DNA of 54,701 nt from a virus, in the IMG/VR virus record IMGVR_UViG_3300045988_148989; one strand, 5' to 3'. Under the pieces are notes generated by a model. That model searched no databases. It saw only the letters and a program-made list of their open reading frames with translations, and was not told the origin of the DNA. Made by a program: the position numbers and the translations under genes. Positions within the stretch are counted from its first letter, which is position 1. Each line of letters starts with the position of its first letter. Positions 28,607 through 38,298 of the stretch are shown piece by piece.

Positions 28607-30354
28607 TATTCAACACCTCCATTATATTCATTTACATGTTTCATGTATTCATTCTCATATCTATATAATATTGCATACGTGTCTATGCATGCACTAGTTC
28701 CATCAATTCGCATCTCTGTCTTCATCTTAGCAGGTAAGATTAATTCATTGTTATCCATTTCAAATGTTGTATTTTTGAAACACCATAAATCAACTTCATT
28801 AAGCCCTTGAACATATTGAGATTTTAAATCTGCTTCAAGATGTTTCATTGGTGTACTCATTACATATTTATTCTGATTTATCATTTCACACGTTTCACCT
28901 TTTCTATATCCGTATCCTATTTCCTTCATAGCATTTAAGAAATCATTTGCAAAACGTTGATCGTATCCTAATTTGAATATTCTAATGTTGTATTGCTCAA
29001 ATACTCTTAGATACCATTCAGCAACTTTTGAAAGTGAAACTCTATTACCTTCATGAACCTCAATGAATCCTCTTTGCGCCCATTCTCTATATCTTGCTCC
29101 ACCGTTCTTATCACTGTCTAATTTGCTTTCGGGAATGAAATACTTGTTATAGAAATATTTATGTTCATCATTAGGCTTCATGAACATCATTGTTACACAC
29201 GTTAAATCTGATGTTTGCGATAAGTCTGCTCCTGCTATCGCTACACAATTTCTAAAGTCTTCAAGTGAATAGATATTTTGAGGGTAAAAGCAATCATCTT
29301 GTAGCCATGCTTCTGCACTATTCTGTTTGATGTTGAAATCCTTACATAACATATGTACTTTTGAAGACTTTGATAGTTTAGCCTTAATCATATTCTTTTC
29401 AATGAATGACCATTTCTTTACTCCATAAATCAATGATGGATTAGATTTGCACCAACTCCATTTATCTTGAAATATTTCTTGTGTAGAATCCTGTGTGAAT
29501 AGCCAAGGTAAGAAATGCTCGTCCTCTATTTCACCATTCAAAACACCTCTAGCATATTCTAGTTTTTCATCAAGAAGCCCATCATTAATAAAACCTTCTG
29601 TTGTACACGTTATTAACAATGGGTTTTCTTTGATAGACATACTTTCCCAACATGCCATAAATATTTCGTTCGTCTTGCTATCATGCATTTCATCATAATA
29701 GCACTTGTCAATATTTCGTCCATCTTTATTTTGTGTCTTTTCACTCATTTTGAATATTGTGATGTTCTTTATATCGTTTCTTATTTCTGCTAAATTTTGC
29801 CTTGTGAGTTCGCTTTTAGTGTCAAGCCTACCTCTCATACCTCCAATCTCTTTCCATATGAGAGAGGCTTGCTTATCGTCATTTGAAGCACATACAATAT
29901 CCTCTCCACCACTGCCAAGAAATAAATCATAATTTCCATCACTTGCAAGGTCTGTTGATTTGCCGTTTTTTCTTCCTACAAGTTCAAGAACCTCATTGAA
30001 TCTCCTTATTCCTGTATCTGCCATCTTGAAACTATATACAACTTCCCAAAATGCTTTTTGTTGTAGCATTAGACTCATAGCCTTCATAAAGAAAGGCTTT
30101 TTTCCTTGCAAGCAACACGTTTCTTTGAATTGTATTCTCTTTTCGCTTTCTTTTGTATCATATATGTATTTAGAATTTGAAAGGTCTTCAACAAGTTTAT
30201 TTATTTCTGTTCTCATTTCCATACCAACAATTAAAGGTGTTTTGATATATTCATCTTTCTCTTCGTTGTATAAATCAATATAGCCTTTATTTATACAATC
30301 TTGATAGGTTTCCAACCATGTTTCTTTTGTTTTGTGATATAAAGGTTTATTCAA
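28606..30354 (-). CDS. terL: Terminase large subunit (PBSX/Terminase_6-like).
   Basis: 582 aa with an ATPase Walker A-like GRKNGKST and a C-terminal nuclease region. Confidence 0.85.
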   Translation of the reverse strand: MNKPLYHKTKETWLETYQDCINKGYIDLYNEEKDEYIKTPLIVGMEMRTEINKLVEDLSNSKYIYDTKESEKRIQFKETCCLQGKKPFFMKAMSLMLQQKAFWEVVYSFKMADTGIRRFNEVLELVGRKNGKSTDLASDGNYDLFLGSGGEDIVCASNDDKQASLIWKEIGGMRGRLDTKSELTRQNLAEIRNDIKNITIFKMSEKTQNKDGRNIDKCYYDEMHDSKTNEIFMACWESMSIKENPLLITCTTEGFINDGLLDEKLEYARGVLNGEIEDEHFLPWLFTQDSTQEIFQDKWSWCKSNPSLIYGVKKWSFIEKNMIKAKLSKSSKVHMLCKDFNIKQNSAEAWLQDDCFYPQNIYSLEDFRNCVAIAGADLSQTSDLTCVTMMFMKPNDEHKYFYNKYFIPESKLDSDKNGGARYREWAQRGFIEVHEGNRVSLSKVAEWYLRVFEQYNIRIFKLGYDQRFANDFLNAMKEIGYGYRKGETCEMINQNKYVMSTPMKHLEADLKSQYVQGLNEVDLWCFKNTTFEMDNNELILPAKMKTEMRIDGTSACIDTYAILYRYENEYMKHVNEYNGGVE

Positions 30355-30652
30355 ACTGTTTTAACATCTCCATCAATGGACTATCTTCTTTAACATCAAA
30401 CTTACCTAAAGTAGATAGTATAATCTTGATCTTGCTATCATGCCTTTGTGAAAGGTCTGAATACTCTTTAGAAAGATATTTCTTTTGTTCTGCCTTTGTT
30501 TTGTTAGTTGGAATACCTATTTTTAATAATGCTTCTTTGATTTTCTCTATTTGTTCCTGTTCAAAAAGAAAATCGGGTATCATACTTGATAAAACTTCTT
30601 TCTTTCCATCATCTAAGTTATTAAATATACTTTTTAACTGTTCTTCTGTCAT
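30347..30652 (-). CDS. Hypothetical protein overlapping the terL start, a possible alternative small terminase subunit.
   Basis: 101 aa with an 8-nt overlap onto terL and an AAAGGTG RBS. Confidence 0.3.
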   Translation of the reverse strand: MTEEQLKSIFNNLDDGKKEVLSSMIPDFLFEQEQIEKIKEALLKIGIPTNKTKAEQKKYLSKEYSDLSQRHDSKIKIILSTLGKFDVKEDSPLMEMLKQFE

Positions 30653-30991
30653 ATCATCACACCTTTTATTTATTTTATATAATTTTTGATAGTTTTATAT
30701 GATTTTCATTTTTTTAGGCTTTTGAACCTTGAAAAGTTTGAAAAATTGACGTGTACGGAAAAACTAGCCCCTATCCACTTACCCAAAAGTTAAATTTCAA
30801 CTTTCAAATAGGGGGGTATCTATATTTTTTCAAACACTCATACAATTATCTTTCTTCAACATTCACTCTTTTCTTTATTGCATATTCTTTCTTGTGTTTC
30901 TTCTCTTTCATATCTCTATAGTCTTTATACTCTTCTTTCTTTCTACTCTTCTTATTCTTCATAGGTATTCTATTGCTCATTGCTATTACCT

Positions 30992-31729
30992 CTATATGAT
31001 GAATGATGTACTTATGAAATGATAATCACTTGCATTAAAAGATGTAGCCGTTGAATTCATTATCTCTATCAATCCAGTTGTACTTATTTGATAAGTATCT
31101 ATCTTTCCACCCGTTCTAGCCTGAGTGAAGTATAATGCTTTGCTTGGTCTATATCCTTCGGGTAATACTCCAATCTCTTTTGTTTTGGTTGTGACCCCTT
31201 TTACTGCTCCTTCAATGAATACTATGTTTCCTTGTTTCTTGCATCTAACAGGATAAGTAGTTGAGTTATGTACTGTAATCCCACTCTTTAATGTGATACT
31301 ACTATATCCACTATCTAATATTGGAATACACTTTCCGTTTAATGTGATCTTGTTTTCTTTTATCTGTAAATAGTTGTTTGTTGTTACTACTCCATCTTTG
31401 GCTATAACTCTTCTCATTACTCCTGTTGGAGTTAAAAAGGTAAAATGTAATTCACTATTGCTATGATATACATTAATTAAAAAGTATTCGCTTGTTGTTC
31501 CTATATCTGTTTGAGTAGTATACCTATATTTACCCGTCACCTTATAAAGTCCATTGGTTAAGTTGTCAAAGACAATAACATTATTGTCAGTTCCTTTTAA
31601 CAAAGGTAAATTGCTTCCTACATTATTTATCATTCCTTTTAATACTCTGCCTTGATTGGCGCTTAATGCATCTGTTACTGATGTGCTATTCAAATTATCA
31701 ATAACGTTTATAATTGCTCTGCTTTCCAT
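30992..31729 (-). CDS. Receptor-binding-protein-like paralog (shares a domain with 32606..33331 and 34963..35793).
   Basis: Likely start MESRAIINV after AAAGGAGG. Shared segment NNVIVFDNLTNGLYKVTGKY. Confidence 0.5.
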   Translation of the reverse strand: MESRAIINVIDNLNSTSVTDALSANQGRVLKGMINNVGSNLPLLKGTDNNVIVFDNLTNGLYKVTGKYRYTTQTDIGTTSEYFLINVYHSNSELHFTFLTPTGVMRRVIAKDGVVTTNNYLQIKENKITLNGKCIPILDSGYSSITLKSGITVHNSTTYPVRCKKQGNIVFIEGAVKGVTTKTKEIGVLPEGYRPSKALYFTQARTGGKIDTYQISTTGLIEIMNSTATSFNASDYHFISTSFII

Positions 31730-31885
31730 ATACATACCTCCTTTATAATTTATTCTTGTATGCACTAAGGAACTATCAAGTGAAAGGAATAGCCTTAATA
31801 GTTCCATACTAAATACAAATAGGACTTACATATTAAACATAGAAATTATAAGAAAGGAGAATATTCACAACACGTTTAATAATGC

Positions 31886-31898
31886 CCACTATTTGAAT
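31886..31898 (+). promoter_or_regulatory. Dispersed motif copy 11 (ccactatttgaat) upstream of the RBP-like gene 30992..31729.
   Basis: Core ACTATTTGAA. Confidence 0.5.
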
Positions 31899-31899
31899 A

Positions 31900-32595
31900 C
31901 TAAGGTTGATACTTCTTAGCATAATCATTTATATACTTTGTCCACTCTTCTATGTCTCTGCCTTGTGGATTTTCATATAGTCTTTTTAGACATTCTTCTT
32001 TAGGAGTATCAATATGAATAACTTCATCTACTCCCAATTTATCAATGATTCTTTTTCTTTCCATCACATAAGGACATGTAGTAATAACCCATGCATTAAA
32101 CCATGAACCTCTTCTAGTTTTGATTATTTCATATATAGCACGTTTGATATCAAATACAGGTTCTTTCAATCTATTAGGCTTGATGTATCTTTCATTCAAG
32201 GAAATCATCTGCCATATTGAATCTATATCACATACTATATCATCTACTCTTTTATTTTCTCTTACAAATGTTGTCTTTCCACTACATGAATTTCCGTGTA
32301 CTAGTATAACTTTGCTTTGATAGTATCCAAACCTTTCATGTATCTCGTTATGTGACTTATGAGACACAATCATAATGTTATCGGGATTTAATGAAATGTT
32401 AGGATCATTCACGTTTGTTAGATTCAATTCTATCTTGTGATGAAAGACCATGTCATATTTTCTATAAATCGGGTTTCCTGTGTACTCGTCAATAATATCA
32501 CCGTTCTCATTTATTCGTTGTGATATTATGTATTTCTTTAAGTCGCTCCATTCCTTGCTAGAATAGAATTGATTTAAGTTTGTAAAGTATCTCAT
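31900..32595 (-). CDS. HNH endonuclease domain fused to a P-loop NTPase/kinase-like domain.
   Basis: The N-terminus carries HH...N...N...HKSHNEIH. The C-terminus carries the Walker A motif GNSCSGKTT. Confidence 0.55.
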   Translation of the reverse strand: MRYFTNLNQFYSSKEWSDLKKYIISQRINENGDIIDEYTGNPIYRKYDMVFHHKIELNLTNVNDPNISLNPDNIMIVSHKSHNEIHERFGYYQSKVILVHGNSCSGKTTFVRENKRVDDIVCDIDSIWQMISLNERYIKPNRLKEPVFDIKRAIYEIIKTRRGSWFNAWVITTCPYVMERKRIIDKLGVDEVIHIDTPKEECLKRLYENPQGRDIEEWTKYINDYAKKYQP

Positions 32596-32605
32596 ATATC
32601 ACCTT

Positions 32606-33331
32606 TTAAATTGCAAACGATATTTCAAACGGTAGCCATGCAGTAGTTGGAACTTTTGCATTTGCTGTTGTTCCATATCTAGCAATGGTTACAGTTCCGT
32701 TTGTATTTACTGCCAAACACCAAACATTTTTACCCGAACCTTGACATATTTTAACTATTCCATAAGTTGTTCTATATCCTGTTGGCAATGTAAATATTAC
32801 CTTGCCTGTTGCACTTGCTTCTAGTTCAGTACTTGGAGATACACACCCACGAATATAAACAACACCGTTCTTTTTTCTGTATCTTGGCTTGTTATCGCTA
32901 TTGTTTGCATATGGTATGAAATCGTTTGTTAATGTTGCATCAATCCAACCTGTATCATCTAAATCTTGATATGTTGTATTTGTGATTGAATATCTTAATG
33001 TTCTTGAACTATCAATTACTGTTGCATATGTCACTGAACTTGATTTATCAATCATTACATAAGCGAATGGATCAACTCCACTAATACCACTCTGATTAGA
33101 GTTACATTTGAAATACCCTTTAATCTTATATAATCCACTGTTTAAATTCCTTAATATGATTGGACTATTTGCATTTAGGCTTTCTTTATAAGTAAGTAAA
33201 CTATCTAGTTGTTCATCAATATCACTAATTACATATAATTCATTTGCTTTCAATAAATTACTAGCCTTAGCACTTTTATATTGTGCCAAGGTTAGTTTGT
33301 TTATTGTAGCGCCATTTAATGTTTGTGCCAT
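32606..33331 (-). CDS. Receptor-binding-protein-like paralog.
   Basis: 241 aa with SPIILRNLNSGLYKIKGYF, which aligns to its paralogs. Confidence 0.5.
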   Translation of the reverse strand: MAQTLNGATINKLTLAQYKSAKASNLLKANELYVISDIDEQLDSLLTYKESLNANSPIILRNLNSGLYKIKGYFKCNSNQSGISGVDPFAYVMIDKSSSVTYATVIDSSRTLRYSITNTTYQDLDDTGWIDATLTNDFIPYANNSDNKPRYRKKNGVVYIRGCVSPSTELEASATGKVIFTLPTGYRTTYGIVKICQGSGKNVWCLAVNTNGTVTIARYGTTANAKVPTTAWLPFEISFAI

Positions 33332-33332
33332 A

Positions 33333-34040
33333 TTACCAAATGATTGTTTTAACTGTAGGCACTGTAATATTTACTTCTTTGTTTGTGATTGTTTGAGCAA
33401 CTCCATTTACTTTAATAGATTCTAGTTTGTTTGCTTGTGCGTTTGATGGTGCATGTGCCTGTTGTGAATGAGTGTATGCAGTATCATAATGGCTTTTTAA
33501 TGTGTTTGTTAAGTCATTTGTAACTGTTGGGATTTCACTTTTCAATGCATAATTAGTTAAATCAATTGATGTATCGCCAATCTTTTCCCATTTGTTATTC
33601 ACATATAAATATTCATCATAGATATTGTTTGTTTCTGTTTTTGACTTTGGTACTAAATAAATAGTCTTATTACTAATGTTTGATGTTGGTAATGCAGTAA
33701 CTACTAATACATTCAACGTTGTAATGCCATTGATTAATTCATTTACTTCTGTTTTAGAATATGTATTTGTCTTTAGATAATAGTTTGTTAAATCATTTAC
33801 GGCTTTTGTAACAAAGTTAACATCGTTTGATAATTCACTTAGTTTAGTAGGATTCTTTTGTGCTCCTGTTTCAATGCCATTTAATTTAGTCTTTTCATCA
33901 CTTGTATAAACATTATCATCTGTAAAAATCCATATTTCTTGTTCTTGCATTGTTGGTGTGATCGTACCGTTTGCAACATTTGTATCATACAACGCTTTTG
34001 TTATCTTATTAATTCTTACTTGATTTAATTCCTGTGACAT
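33333..34040 (-). CDS. Tail fibre-like protein.
   Basis: Contains KTKLNGIETGAQKN, matching the repeat unit of the 36436..37743 fibre. Confidence 0.5.
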   Translation of the reverse strand: MSQELNQVRINKITKALYDTNVANGTITPTMQEQEIWIFTDDNVYTSDEKTKLNGIETGAQKNPTKLSELSNDVNFVTKAVNDLTNYYLKTNTYSKTEVNELINGITTLNVLVVTALPTSNISNKTIYLVPKSKTETNNIYDEYLYVNNKWEKIGDTSIDLTNYALKSEIPTVTNDLTNTLKSHYDTAYTHSQQAHAPSNAQANKLESIKVNGVAQTITNKEVNITVPTVKTIIW

Positions 34041-34055
34041 AATGATTACCTCCTT

Positions 34056-34787
34056 TTACACTCTTTTTGTATAACTTAATTTAATCCAACCTACATTTGA
34101 TTTAAGTCTTCCCCAACCATTTCTTTCTTCAACAATTGTGTATCTATATGGTTTCTTGACATTTGTAACAATACTTGAATTTGTTGTTGGTTCTTTTCTT
34201 ACATGCAATACATCTGCTGTTATTTCTACAATGTAGTTAACATTATTAGATGTATTTGTTGTATTGCTTGCTTCAATATTTCTATTTAAAATTCCTTCAA
34301 CTATTGCTTTAGCACACTTTTCAGCATTCCAATGTGCTTTATCCTTCGAATTATCAACAAAACAACATTCAACTAAAAGTGCTGGTGAACTAGTCTTTCT
34401 TAATACATATAAATTAGTTTTTGTTTTAACTCCTCTGTTTCTGATACCTAGAGTATTAGAAACCTTTTCTGCAATTCTAGTTGCTTCGTCTTTTGCTTTT
34501 GACTTATTGCTATATACATATACCTCTGTTCCTGTTCCACCTCCTGCATTTAGATGAATAGATACATCTAAATCAACAGAATGTGAATTACATTTGTTAA
34601 CAATTGCTCTTAGATTTGCTTTTTGTGAAGTGCTATTATCATCTGTGCAATCATAGACAGTATGACCATTTGCACGTAACATTTCTATTACTCTATTCTT
34701 TACTTTTCTATCTTCATTTACTTCATCAAGATAGCCACTAGCACCACGACATTTTAAGGAATGTCCACCATGTACATTAATTCTCAT
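34056..34787 (-). CDS. Endolysin: N-acetylmuramoyl-L-alanine amidase (Amidase_3) plus a C-terminal SH3b domain.
   Basis: HGGH...E...SIHLNAGGG zinc-ligand pattern and a C-terminal SH3-like region. Likely start MRINV after a GGAGG RBS. Confidence 0.8.
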   Translation of the reverse strand: MRINVHGGHSLKCRGASGYLDEVNEDRKVKNRVIEMLRANGHTVYDCTDDNSTSQKANLRAIVNKCNSHSVDLDVSIHLNAGGGTGTEVYVYSNKSKAKDEATRIAEKVSNTLGIRNRGVKTKTNLYVLRKTSSPALLVECCFVDNSKDKAHWNAEKCAKAIVEGILNRNIEASNTTNTSNNVNYIVEITADVLHVRKEPTTNSSIVTNVKKPYRYTIVEERNGWGRLKSNVGWIKLSYTKRV

Positions 34788-34798
34788 AATATTACCTC

Positions 34799-34963
34799 CT
34801 ACCAAATAATAGTCTTGTAATTACTTACATCAACAATATTGTTTTCTAATTGAATAACTCTTAATTCCAATGCTTGAATTGCTTCATTTAACACTCTTCC
34901 CATGTTTGCAGATAAAGCATTATTTTTATCATGACTTGTTAATTCATCATAAACCTCAATCAT
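34799..34963 (-). CDS. Small hypothetical protein (54 aa), below the ORF-track cutoff.
   Basis: Manual translation MIEVYDELTSHDKNN...KTIIW. The C-terminal KTIIW is shared with 33333..34040. Confidence 0.3.
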   Translation of the reverse strand: MIEVYDELTSHDKNNALSANMGRVLNEAIQALELRVIQLENNIVDVSNYKTIIW

Positions 34964-35793
34964 CATACCACCTTGCTTTCTAGTGCTTCTATTCTACTTA
35001 CTAAATCACTTATTGAAACACTTTGTGAATCATAATCATTTTCAGTTATCGCATAATATTGAATTTGATTGTTATAAGCGAAAAACAATTGAATGTAAGA
35101 TGTTGTTGATGTTGTCGCTACATAAGCAACCAATGGAATTTGTGCAATAATGCTTTTAGGCGCTCCCTCATATGCTTTGAAATATCCATGTAGCATATAA
35201 GCACCACTTTGAAGACTTTTCAATATAACAGGATTATTTCTGTCCATGCTTTCTATTACTTCTATAGGCTTGTTTTCAAGTACATTGTAATCACTTGTTC
35301 CACCTGTTACCGTCTTATACTGTCCATCATTTGCAAGGTACTTTGTTCCGTCTCCACTTGTATCTACAATGTTTTTCATCTCGTCAAGTGTCTTTTTCGC
35401 TTCACTGATGAAGTCGGGATTTTCTTTTTGAAGCGTTTCACTTGCATTAATGCTATCCATCACATAGAACTTGTATGTATATGACTTAAATACATAATTA
35501 TCATCATTTCTTAACACAACTTCACATTTCAATTCACCTTTAGAATCTAGAAGGCTGTTAACCATTTCAAACGTTGCGTTATATGTTCCATCTTCTTTTT
35601 TATTTAATTTTAATGGCTTGCTTACATACTTCTCACCGTTAGACTTTTCAAACTCTAAATATAAATCCTTATCACCTAACAACGAATCAACATTTATTGA
35701 TAGGATTGTTGATTTATTCTCATTTGTTTTACCAATAATATGTTGGTCACTTGATACGATCCTATCATCACTAATTGATAATGTTATAACCAT
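34963..35793 (-). CDS. Receptor-binding / baseplate-like paralog.
   Basis: 276 aa. The C-terminal NPVILKSLQSGAYMLHGYFKAY aligns to the other two paralogs. Confidence 0.5.
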   Translation of the reverse strand: MVITLSISDDRIVSSDQHIIGKTNENKSTILSINVDSLLGDKDLYLEFEKSNGEKYVSKPLKLNKKEDGTYNATFEMVNSLLDSKGELKCEVVLRNDDNYVFKSYTYKFYVMDSINASETLQKENPDFISEAKKTLDEMKNIVDTSGDGTKYLANDGQYKTVTGGTSDYNVLENKPIEVIESMDRNNPVILKSLQSGAYMLHGYFKAYEGAPKSIIAQIPLVAYVATTSTTSYIQLFFAYNNQIQYYAITENDYDSQSVSISDLVSRIEALESKVV

Positions 35794-35795
35794 AA

Positions 35796-36086
35796 TTAAG
35801 CCTTCTTAGGTCTGCCACGTTTTGGCTTTGACTCTTCAACATTTGGCTTTTCTTCTTCAACATTTGGCTTTTCTTCTTCAACATTTGGCTTTTCTTCTTC
35901 AATGTTTGGTTTTTCTTCTTCAATGTTTGGTTTTTCTTCTTCTACAAAACAACAAAATGGTTTTCTGTCATATGTTGTTGATGTTAGTACTTTTGCTCTT
36001 TCTTCATCAACTTCAATAACTTCATCTTTTTCAACTATTCTGTTTAGTAATAAATCTTTGTATCTTAAATTTGCTTTTACTTTCAT
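35796..36086 (-). CDS. Repeat protein with (EEEKPNI/V)x5 and a C-terminal AT-hook-like KRGRPKK.
   Basis: 96 aa encoded across a 21-bp x5 tandem repeat. Confidence 0.45.
   Translation of the reverse strand: MKVKANLRYKDLLLNRIVEKDEVIEVDEERAKVLTSTTYDRKPFCCFVEEEKPNIEEEKPNIEEEKPNVEEEKPNVEEEKPNVEESKPKRGRPKKA
35836..35940. repeat. 21-bp tandem repeat x5 (tcaacatttggcttttcttct and variants).
   Basis: Seen directly in the sequence. It is in-frame and encodes the EEEKPNV heptads. Confidence 0.85.
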
Positions 36087-36098
36087 TGTTTCATCTCC

Positions 36099-36425
36099 TT
36101 ATAAATTAGTAGCCTTATTTACAATAAAATGGACTTTACAACCTTTTTCAATTGCTTTAGTCAATATAATGTTTGTGTTGTTTTTATTTGTGTATTCTGT
36201 GTTGTCTAATCTCATACCGTTTATATAGACTTCAAGGATATCTGCACCATACCTATATTGAGAAATATTAATAGGAATAGTGCTTACATCTCCTGTTGCA
36301 GTATAAGTTGATTTATATTGAACTAACTTGAGCGCATAATCATGCGTATGATTTTTTAATGCAAATGTATTTTTTAATACACTCCACAAATGTGTTAATC
36401 CCGAATCATCAAGGTATTTTGACAT
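36099..36425 (-). CDS. Short tail fibre-like protein, N-terminal paralog of 36436..37743.
   Basis: MSKYLDDSGLTHLWSVLKNTF versus MSKYLDENGLTYLWSKIKGTF. Confidence 0.4.
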   Translation of the reverse strand: MSKYLDDSGLTHLWSVLKNTFALKNHTHDYALKLVQYKSTYTATGDVSTIPINISQYRYGADILEVYINGMRLDNTEYTNKNNTNIILTKAIEKGCKVHFIVNKATNL

Positions 36426-36435
36426 TTATATTCAC

Positions 36436-37743
36436 CTACTTACAAATGGTATCAATATCATCATTTGATAACGAATTGATAACAAATAATCCTCCTAATG
36501 CATCCCATGCTTCTCCTGTCCATGCAACGTTTGTTCCTGCTGGTCCGTATTCACTTGCATCTGTTAAATTATACGTATCACCTACAATCTGATTTGCTGT
36601 TGGCAATGAAGCACTTGTGATAGAACCTTTGTATTTATATAAACCTGCTAAATCTGTTTTCAATGCATAGGAACTTGCAGATAGAAAGCCGTCTAACTTC
36701 TTTTTATCTGTTGAAGACATCAACCCATTTACTGTTTGTGTTGCTGTTGAATACGTTGTGTTTGTGCTTGGGATTCCTAAAGCGGTAATATCTGATTTTG
36801 ATACGGCTGTAGTTGCACTTACATGTCCTGTAGAATCAACAGTAATATTATACAATCCACTAGTTTTAGAAGCGTATGTAGGGTGTACATATTTATTCGC
36901 TCCTGTCGCAATTCCATCTAATTTTACTTTATCGCTTGCGATCATCAACCCATCTGTTGTAGTTGTTACAGGGTTATATTTTGTATCGTTTGGAGTAGCC
37001 CACGTTCCATTTCCACATAAGAATTTCCATTGCTGACTTGTCTGTGGTGCAGGAACTAGTCCACTTGTTCCGCTTGTATCTGCTGTTGCTCCTGTCATGA
37101 CTGAATATGTTGTATCCTGTGAAGGAATCCCTAAAGCGGTAATATCGCTTTTTGAAACGTTTGCAGTACTTGAAACGTGCCCTGTTCCGTCAATAGTGAT
37201 TTTATAAAGCCCACTTGTTTTGGCGGTATATGCTGGGTGCACATATTTATTTGCACCTGTTTCAATGCCATTTAATTTTGTTTTATCACTTGAAGACATC
37301 AAACCATTTGATGTAGTTGTTGCTAGGTTATATTTTGTATCGTTTGGAGTGCTCCATGTGCCATCTGCACATAAGAACTTACTTTGGTCACCTTTTGAAG
37401 GCTTTGGAACTAGTCCATGTGTTCCGTCTGCTGTTGCCGTTGCTCCTGTCATGTCTGAATATGTTGTATCTTGTGATGGAATCCCTAAAGCAGTGATATC
37501 ACTCTTAGAAACATTTGTAGTACTTGAAACATGACCTTTTTCGTCAACAGTGATTTTATAAAGACCATTTGTTTTTGAAGTATAACTTGGGTGCGTGTAA
37601 TTGCTTAACCCTGCTAGTTTGTTCTTTTCTGCTGTTGTGTAATCGTTTGTACTCAGACCTTTACCACTTTGCTGTGCTACAAACGTTCCTTTTATCTTAC
37701 TCCATAAATAAGTTAAACCATTTTCATCTAAATATTTTGACAT
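36436..37743 (-). CDS. Tail fibre protein with about 118-aa tandem repeats.
   Basis: 435 aa. The unit ...KLNGIETGANKYVHP.YT.KTSGLYKIT.D.TGHVSST.NVSKSDITALGIPSQDTTYS is repeated about three times. Confidence 0.6.
   Translation of the reverse strand: MSKYLDENGLTYLWSKIKGTFVAQQSGKGLSTNDYTTAEKNKLAGLSNYTHPSYTSKTNGLYKITVDEKGHVSSTTNVSKSDITALGIPSQDTTYSDMTGATATADGTHGLVPKPSKGDQSKFLCADGTWSTPNDTKYNLATTTSNGLMSSSDKTKLNGIETGANKYVHPAYTAKTSGLYKITIDGTGHVSSTANVSKSDITALGIPSQDTTYSVMTGATADTSGTSGLVPAPQTSQQWKFLCGNGTWATPNDTKYNPVTTTTDGLMIASDKVKLDGIATGANKYVHPTYASKTSGLYNITVDSTGHVSATTAVSKSDITALGIPSTNTTYSTATQTVNGLMSSTDKKKLDGFLSASSYALKTDLAGLYKYKGSITSASLPTANQIVGDTYNLTDASEYGPAGTNVAWTGEAWDALGGLFVINSLSNDDIDTICK
36620..37660. 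repeat. About 354-bp tandem repeat (around 2.9 copies) inside the tail fibre gene.
   Basis: The anchor ggaatccctaaagcggtaatatc recurs at 36771, 37124 and 37478 with high identity. Confidence 0.75.
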
Positions 37744-37758
37744 TATTTCATCACTCCT

Positions 37759-38286
37759 TTATTTGCAAATATAATCTATGTCAATGTTTGTTAATGATTC
37801 AACCGAATCTCCTTTAGTCATTTCAATAACACCTTTTGAAGATACGGAAATTGTATTACCAATCTGAACAACACCTAAATTTTCATGGCTTGTGATAGGT
37901 ATATCATAAGGACTATCTGAAGTATCTAGAAGCCTTCTAACCAAGAATATTCCATCAAGGTAATTAACCATTATTTCACTATCATCTAATAGCAGTTTTT
38001 CAGTCTTGAATGTAAATTGTGTTCCATAACCATCTACATACTTGACTTTGATATACATCATACCAATCTCTTTGTATAGAGAAAACGGAAGTGTATAATA
38101 TAGAAATTTATCATCTTTTGTATAATTCGTTATTTGATACGTTTTACTATTTGTTTCGATTTGTAAATATTCAACCTCTTTTGGTTGAAGCCTTACCTTG
38201 ATTTCTATTGAATTATCACCACAACCCATTGAAGTAGAACCCGTGCAAGTTCCTTCTAGACAATCAAGATCGCATATATTTCTCAT
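37759..38286 (-). CDS. Hypothetical tail fibre-associated protein.
   Basis: 175 aa. The C-terminal IDIDYICK resembles the DDIDTICK C-terminus of 36436..37743. Confidence 0.4.
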   Translation of the reverse strand: MRNICDLDCLEGTCTGSTSMGCGDNSIEIKVRLQPKEVEYLQIETNSKTYQITNYTKDDKFLYYTLPFSLYKEIGMMYIKVKYVDGYGTQFTFKTEKLLLDDSEIMVNYLDGIFLVRRLLDTSDSPYDIPITSHENLGVVQIGNTISVSSKGVIEMTKGDSVESLTNIDIDYICK

Positions 38287-38298
38287 TTTTTTATGCCT

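Noticed and set aside
30850-30984. 44-aa highly basic ORF upstream of terL.
   Set aside because: It is plausible but too short, and its low-complexity lysine-rich composition could arise by chance in A-rich sequence. It is mentioned only within the finding.
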